64,000 nt of DNA from Edaphobacter sp. (GTDB taxonomy: Bacteria; Acidobacteriota; Terriglobia; Terriglobales; Acidobacteriaceae). Location: assembly GCA_050012935.1 (NCBI GenBank), contig JBEKGF010000023.1, positions 4,554 through 68,553 of the forward strand. Reading direction: 5' to 3'. Position 1 is the first letter of the stretch, and every line of letters begins with the position of its first letter. Position numbers and translations under genes: made by a program. The notes beneath the pieces were generated by a model. That model ran no database searches. It saw only the letters and a program-made list of their open reading frames with translations, and was not told the origin of the DNA. Positions 61,205-64,000 of this stretch are shown piece by piece.

Positions 61205-61787
61205 CCGGTTCCGTGGGCTCTTCGCGGGATGGGATCACGGCTAAGGACCGGGTCTCTTCGACGACGCTTGTGACAGGCTCTGCGATCGGCGTTTCAGGTT
61301 CGGCTGGAGGCGATCGTTTTCGGGTGGGGGGAGTTGGCGGTTCTTGCGGTTCGGGGTCGAGCTCGAGGCGAGAGAAGACCTCGATGATGGCTCCTGGTTC
61401 TGCGAGATCGAGGCCGCTGGGCGAGGACTCGACGGCGCGGACGACCTCCGGTGTGCCGGGTGCATTGTTGAGGCGGGCTGCGTTGGAGGATGCGAGCTGA
61501 AGGCCGTAGAGCAGTACGGTCGCGCGTTTCGGGTCGATGCGATTGGTGGCGAGGGCATTGACGACGACTGAGATTGCGAGCTGGACGGACTCACGGTCTT
61601 CAAGAACGCAGAGCTCGAGGTCTCGCCCGTGGGTAAAGTAAGCTCGGGTCTCGTCGGTGGCGCGAAAGTTGGCGTGGCGGGCGTGAAGGCGGTTGTGAAA
61701 GTAGCACCACTGGCCTCCGGTGAGGGCGGGCGCGTGGCATTGCAGACCGTTGGTTTTGATGTGACGGCAGAGCGGATATTGTTCCAT
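61146..61787 (-). CDS. Hypothetical protein with N-terminal C-x9-C-x10-C-x2-H zinc-finger-like motif, directly downstream of element copy 4
   Basis: CRHIKTNGLQCHAPALTGGQWCYFH followed by a helical LEDRESVQLAIS...RIDPKRATVLLYGLQLASSN block. AGGAG SD at 61796-61800. Confidence 0.75.
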   Translation of the reverse strand: MEQYPLCRHIKTNGLQCHAPALTGGQWCYFHNRLHARHANFRATDETRAYFTHGRDLELCVLEDRESVQLAISVVVNALATNRIDPKRATVLLYGLQLASSNAARLNNAPGTPEVVRAVESSPSGLDLAEPGAIIEVFSRLELDPEPQEPPTPPTRKRSPPAEPETPIAEPVTSVVEETRSLAVIPSREEPTEPASAGSPSDAAPASGDRSPV

Positions 61788-61804
61788 GACGTTGTCTCCT
61801 TTGA

Positions 61805-62080
61805 GGGGCTCCCCCCCGGGGGGTGTTCCTTAAAAGTGCTGTGGTTGCAATGATTTAGCAAAATGGGTCGGGCTAAATTCCTGCAACCACAGGGGTTGTT
61901 GGTAAATTCGTCTTTCTAAACGGGAAAAGCCCCGGAATGAGCTTCCGGGGCTTTTTCTTGACTCTATATATCCAGTATAGCGGATTGGAGGGAACTAATA
62001 CGCCAAGTGTAACTTGATGTTGATCAATGGGTTAGGTGGTTTTGGGGCTTGACATGCGATTTTTGGGCTGAAAACGCAGA
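61805..62080 (-). repeat. Dispersed ~300-bp non-coding element, copy 4 (ORF-associated)
   Basis: Reverse complement reads AAAATCGCATGTCAAGC-N10-CCTAA...TTGGCGTATTAGTTCC...GCTATACTGGATATATAGAGTCAAGAAAAAGCCCCGG...CCGGGGCTTTT, then GTGGTTGCA...ATTTAGC repeats. Confidence 0.85.
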
Positions 62081-62230
62081 TTTTTTTTTTGGAATGGCGG
62101 AAGTCGCATCAATGCAATGGCAAGATCAACAGCAGAGTGCAAACGCGAATGCGGCGTTGCACTCGTGGAACGATCAGACAGGCGTTAGTGGGATCCGCTG
62201 AATCGATAGCTCAAGAGAAGACTACGGGCT

Positions 62231-63058
62231 TTAGTTCATCCAGCGTTTGTCGTTGGGGTTTTTGCGGAGTTCGTCGGGGTCGACGTAGCGGCCGTCTTTG
62301 TCGAAGTGGACTTCGCGGTTTTGCTTGCGCATGTAGACCTCGAACTTGCGGGCGGCGCGGCGGCGCTTCCAGCGGAAGTAGTTGTTGCGGACGCTGAAGT
62401 AGCTCTCGCTAAGACCGAAGGCGAAGCCTCTGCGCGGCGCGAATTTGACGTAGAGGAAGCCGCAGAGCGCGCCGGAGAGTTGAAGCAGGGCGTTGAAGGT
62501 GTCGGCCTGTTTGAGAAGGACAGCGACGGCGATGAGGATGTAGATGGCGACCATGTACTTCGCCTTGATGCGGACGAGGAACCAGAGCAGGAATTCCTGG
62601 TCGCCGAAGATCATGGCGATGGCGATGAGAAGGCCGAAGATGCCGGACCAGCATCCCGCGGTGGCGATTTCAGGGCGCAGATGCAGGACGTGGGTGAAGG
62701 AGATTGCGGAGGCGAGGATGGCGCCGCCGATGACTGAGGTGAAGTAGAGCTCGGCGAGCCAGCGGGAGCCGAAGGATGGCTCGAGGAGTGAGCCGGTGAA
62801 CCAGAGGGTGAGCATGCCGAAGAGAATTCCAAGGATGCCCTGCTCGATGAAGGAGTAGGTGGCGAGCTGCCAGATTTCGCCGTGGACGACAGCGAGAGGT
62901 TCGAGGATGAGGTGGCTGATGAAGAGGTCGGCAAGATGAGGAGCGAGCCAGCGGAGCAGGAGGATCGCGAAGAAGGCCCCGACGTTGGCGAGGATGAGCT
63001 TGCGAGTGGCTCCGGAGAAGGCGGGGAGGCTGAGCGAGATGGGGCCTGAGCGACGCAT
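62231..63058 (-). CDS. Rhomboid-fold membrane protein lacking catalytic residues (pseudoprotease)
   Basis: Rhomboid architecture (GEIWQLATY, FGMLTLWFTG, KAKY). GxSG reads GCWSG with Trp at the Ser position, and AHLGG reads LQLSG. Confidence 0.75.
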   Translation of the reverse strand: MRRSGPISLSLPAFSGATRKLILANVGAFFAILLLRWLAPHLADLFISHLILEPLAVVHGEIWQLATYSFIEQGILGILFGMLTLWFTGSLLEPSFGSRWLAELYFTSVIGGAILASAISFTHVLHLRPEIATAGCWSGIFGLLIAIAMIFGDQEFLLWFLVRIKAKYMVAIYILIAVAVLLKQADTFNALLQLSGALCGFLYVKFAPRRGFAFGLSESYFSVRNNYFRWKRRRAARKFEVYMRKQNREVHFDKDGRYVDPDELRKNPNDKRWMN

Positions 63059-63117
63059 GGCTGTTCTAATTTCATCATAGCGGTTGAGCGTAAAAACGGT
63101 TTACACGTGGCGCGAAT

Positions 63118-63154
63118 AACCCACCTTTCCCGATAAAACTGCAAAGGATGGGCC
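63118..63154 (-). repeat. REP-like element, family A
   Basis: Reverse complement GGCCCATCCTTTGC...GGAAAGGTGGGTT. Confidence 0.6.
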
Positions 63155-63191
63155 GGGTGTTCCTCGTGGAGGATTTTTGGCGCTTCGAAGA

Positions 63192-63238
63192 AAATGCGGG
63201 GGTTCTTCCCCATCGACAAGCTCAGGGTCAGAATGACA
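63192..63238 (-). repeat. REP-like element, family B
   Basis: Reverse complement TGTCATTCTGA...GAAGAACCCCCGCATTT matches the copy at 55618. Confidence 0.7.
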
Positions 63239-63288
63239 ACGGTAAGGCTAGTTCCTAAGTTGAAATGACAAACTGTAATGCCAGCTCG

Positions 63289-64000
63289 TTAAGGTTGAGC
63301 GGCTGGTGGCGGGGTGGTTCCGGGGACGGGCCTTGTTCGTTGTGGCGGGACGGGATAGACGGCCGCGCTGCGGTGGCCGGCGGCATCGACGGAGCGGACG
63401 CCGAAGATGACGTTGTCCTTGGAGATGGGCAGGGCAACGTTGGTGTCCGTTCCGGCGGAGACGACGCTGGTCCAGTCGGGTTCGTAGGTGTCGCGGTAGA
63501 CGACCTCGAAGGTGGCTCCGGCGGGGAAGCCTGCGGGTTTTTCCCAGCGGAGGACGGTGCGGACGTCGTAGGGGGGATTGAGGACGGCGACCTTTTGAGG
63601 CTGGCCGGGCGCGGAAGCGAGAGTGGCGAGCGTGGCGGAGTTGAGGCGGGTGACGTTGGCGATGTAGTTGAAGTCGTCGTACTTGATGTCGTCGGCGTAC
63701 TCGATGCCGTTCTCGATGCGCGGGGTCTGGTGCTGGTGGTTGAAGTTTTCGAGCCACTCGGTGAAGCGGACGGCTGCGAAGCCTTCCTGGTTGAAGCTGG
63801 TGTGATCGCCGCCGCGGCCAAAGCGATCGCGACGGAAGACCATGACGGGATGGAAGGCGGGGACCATGCGCATGGCCATGTTGTGCGCCTGGCCCGGGGG
63901 TGTTCCGGCGGCGAGGCGCTCGGAGGAGGGGTGGAAGTAGGTGCGGTCGACGTCGACGATGGCGCGGGCGAGCTGGCGTGAGGGGGAGTCGTTTTCTGCG
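63289..64000 (-). CDS. M28 family metallopeptidase, C-terminal part (5' end outside window)
   Basis: Frame open to the window edge: ENDSPSRQLAR, RRDRFGRGGDHTSF, RFTE...ENFNHQH and an FN3-like tail (IFGVRSVDAAGHRS). Confidence 0.85.
   Translation of the reverse strand, partial: AENDSPSRQLARAIVDVDRTYFHPSSERLAAGTPPGQAHNMAMRMVPAFHPVMVFRRDRFGRGGDHTSFNQEGFAAVRFTEWLENFNHQHQTPRIENGIEYADDIKYDDFNYIANVTRLNSATLATLASAPGQPQKVAVLNPPYDVRTVLRWEKPAGFPAGATFEVVYRDTYEPDWTSVVSAGTDTNVALPISKDNVIFGVRSVDAAGHRSAAVYPVPPQRTRPVPGTTPPPAAQP

Noticed and set aside
62047-62063. Outward-facing sigma70 promoter from TTGACA in the element's left block
   Set aside because: TTGACA is present on the opposite strand in copies 1, 3 and 4, but no -10 hexamer follows at 16-18 bp in the copies checked (3 and 4).

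Overview
A 64-kb chromosomal window from a high-GC diderm bacterium. The gene families, REP-like repeats and Oar-type TonB receptor point to Acidobacteriota, probably Terriglobia (Edaphobacter/Granulicella/Tunturiibacter-like); this assignment is inference. Core genes are gyrA, lptD-dsbA-surA, rpsU, a gamma carbonic anhydrase, hisS and aspS. Also present are a tetraether-lipid-synthase (Tes/MJ0619)-like radical SAM enzyme, GH2 and GH55-like glycosidases, tricorn protease and a PAS histidine kinase. An accessory patch follows gyrA (about 29.2-41.2 kb), holding a complete BamHI-like C/R/M system, a brnTA pair with a frameshifted toxin, PEP-CTERM genes, GT-C-like membrane proteins and duplicated NTF2-like genes. 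The most striking unexplained structure is a family of roughly 300-bp non-coding elements with four full copies and one partial copy. They share an AAAATCGCATGTCAAGC-N10-CCTAA left block, a central bidirectional hairpin, 14-19-bp sub-repeats and a G-rich right end. One copy sits directly in front of a CCCH zinc-finger-like ORF, which suggests an undescribed mobile or regulatory element. Other highlights are a rhomboid lacking all catalytic residues, a TA promoter built from its own tandem operator repeat, and a palindrome covering the methyltransferase start whose half-site recurs at the controller gene start. No tRNA, rRNA, CRISPR array or recognisable transposase was found. All family assignments come from motif recognition and memory, not from database searches.
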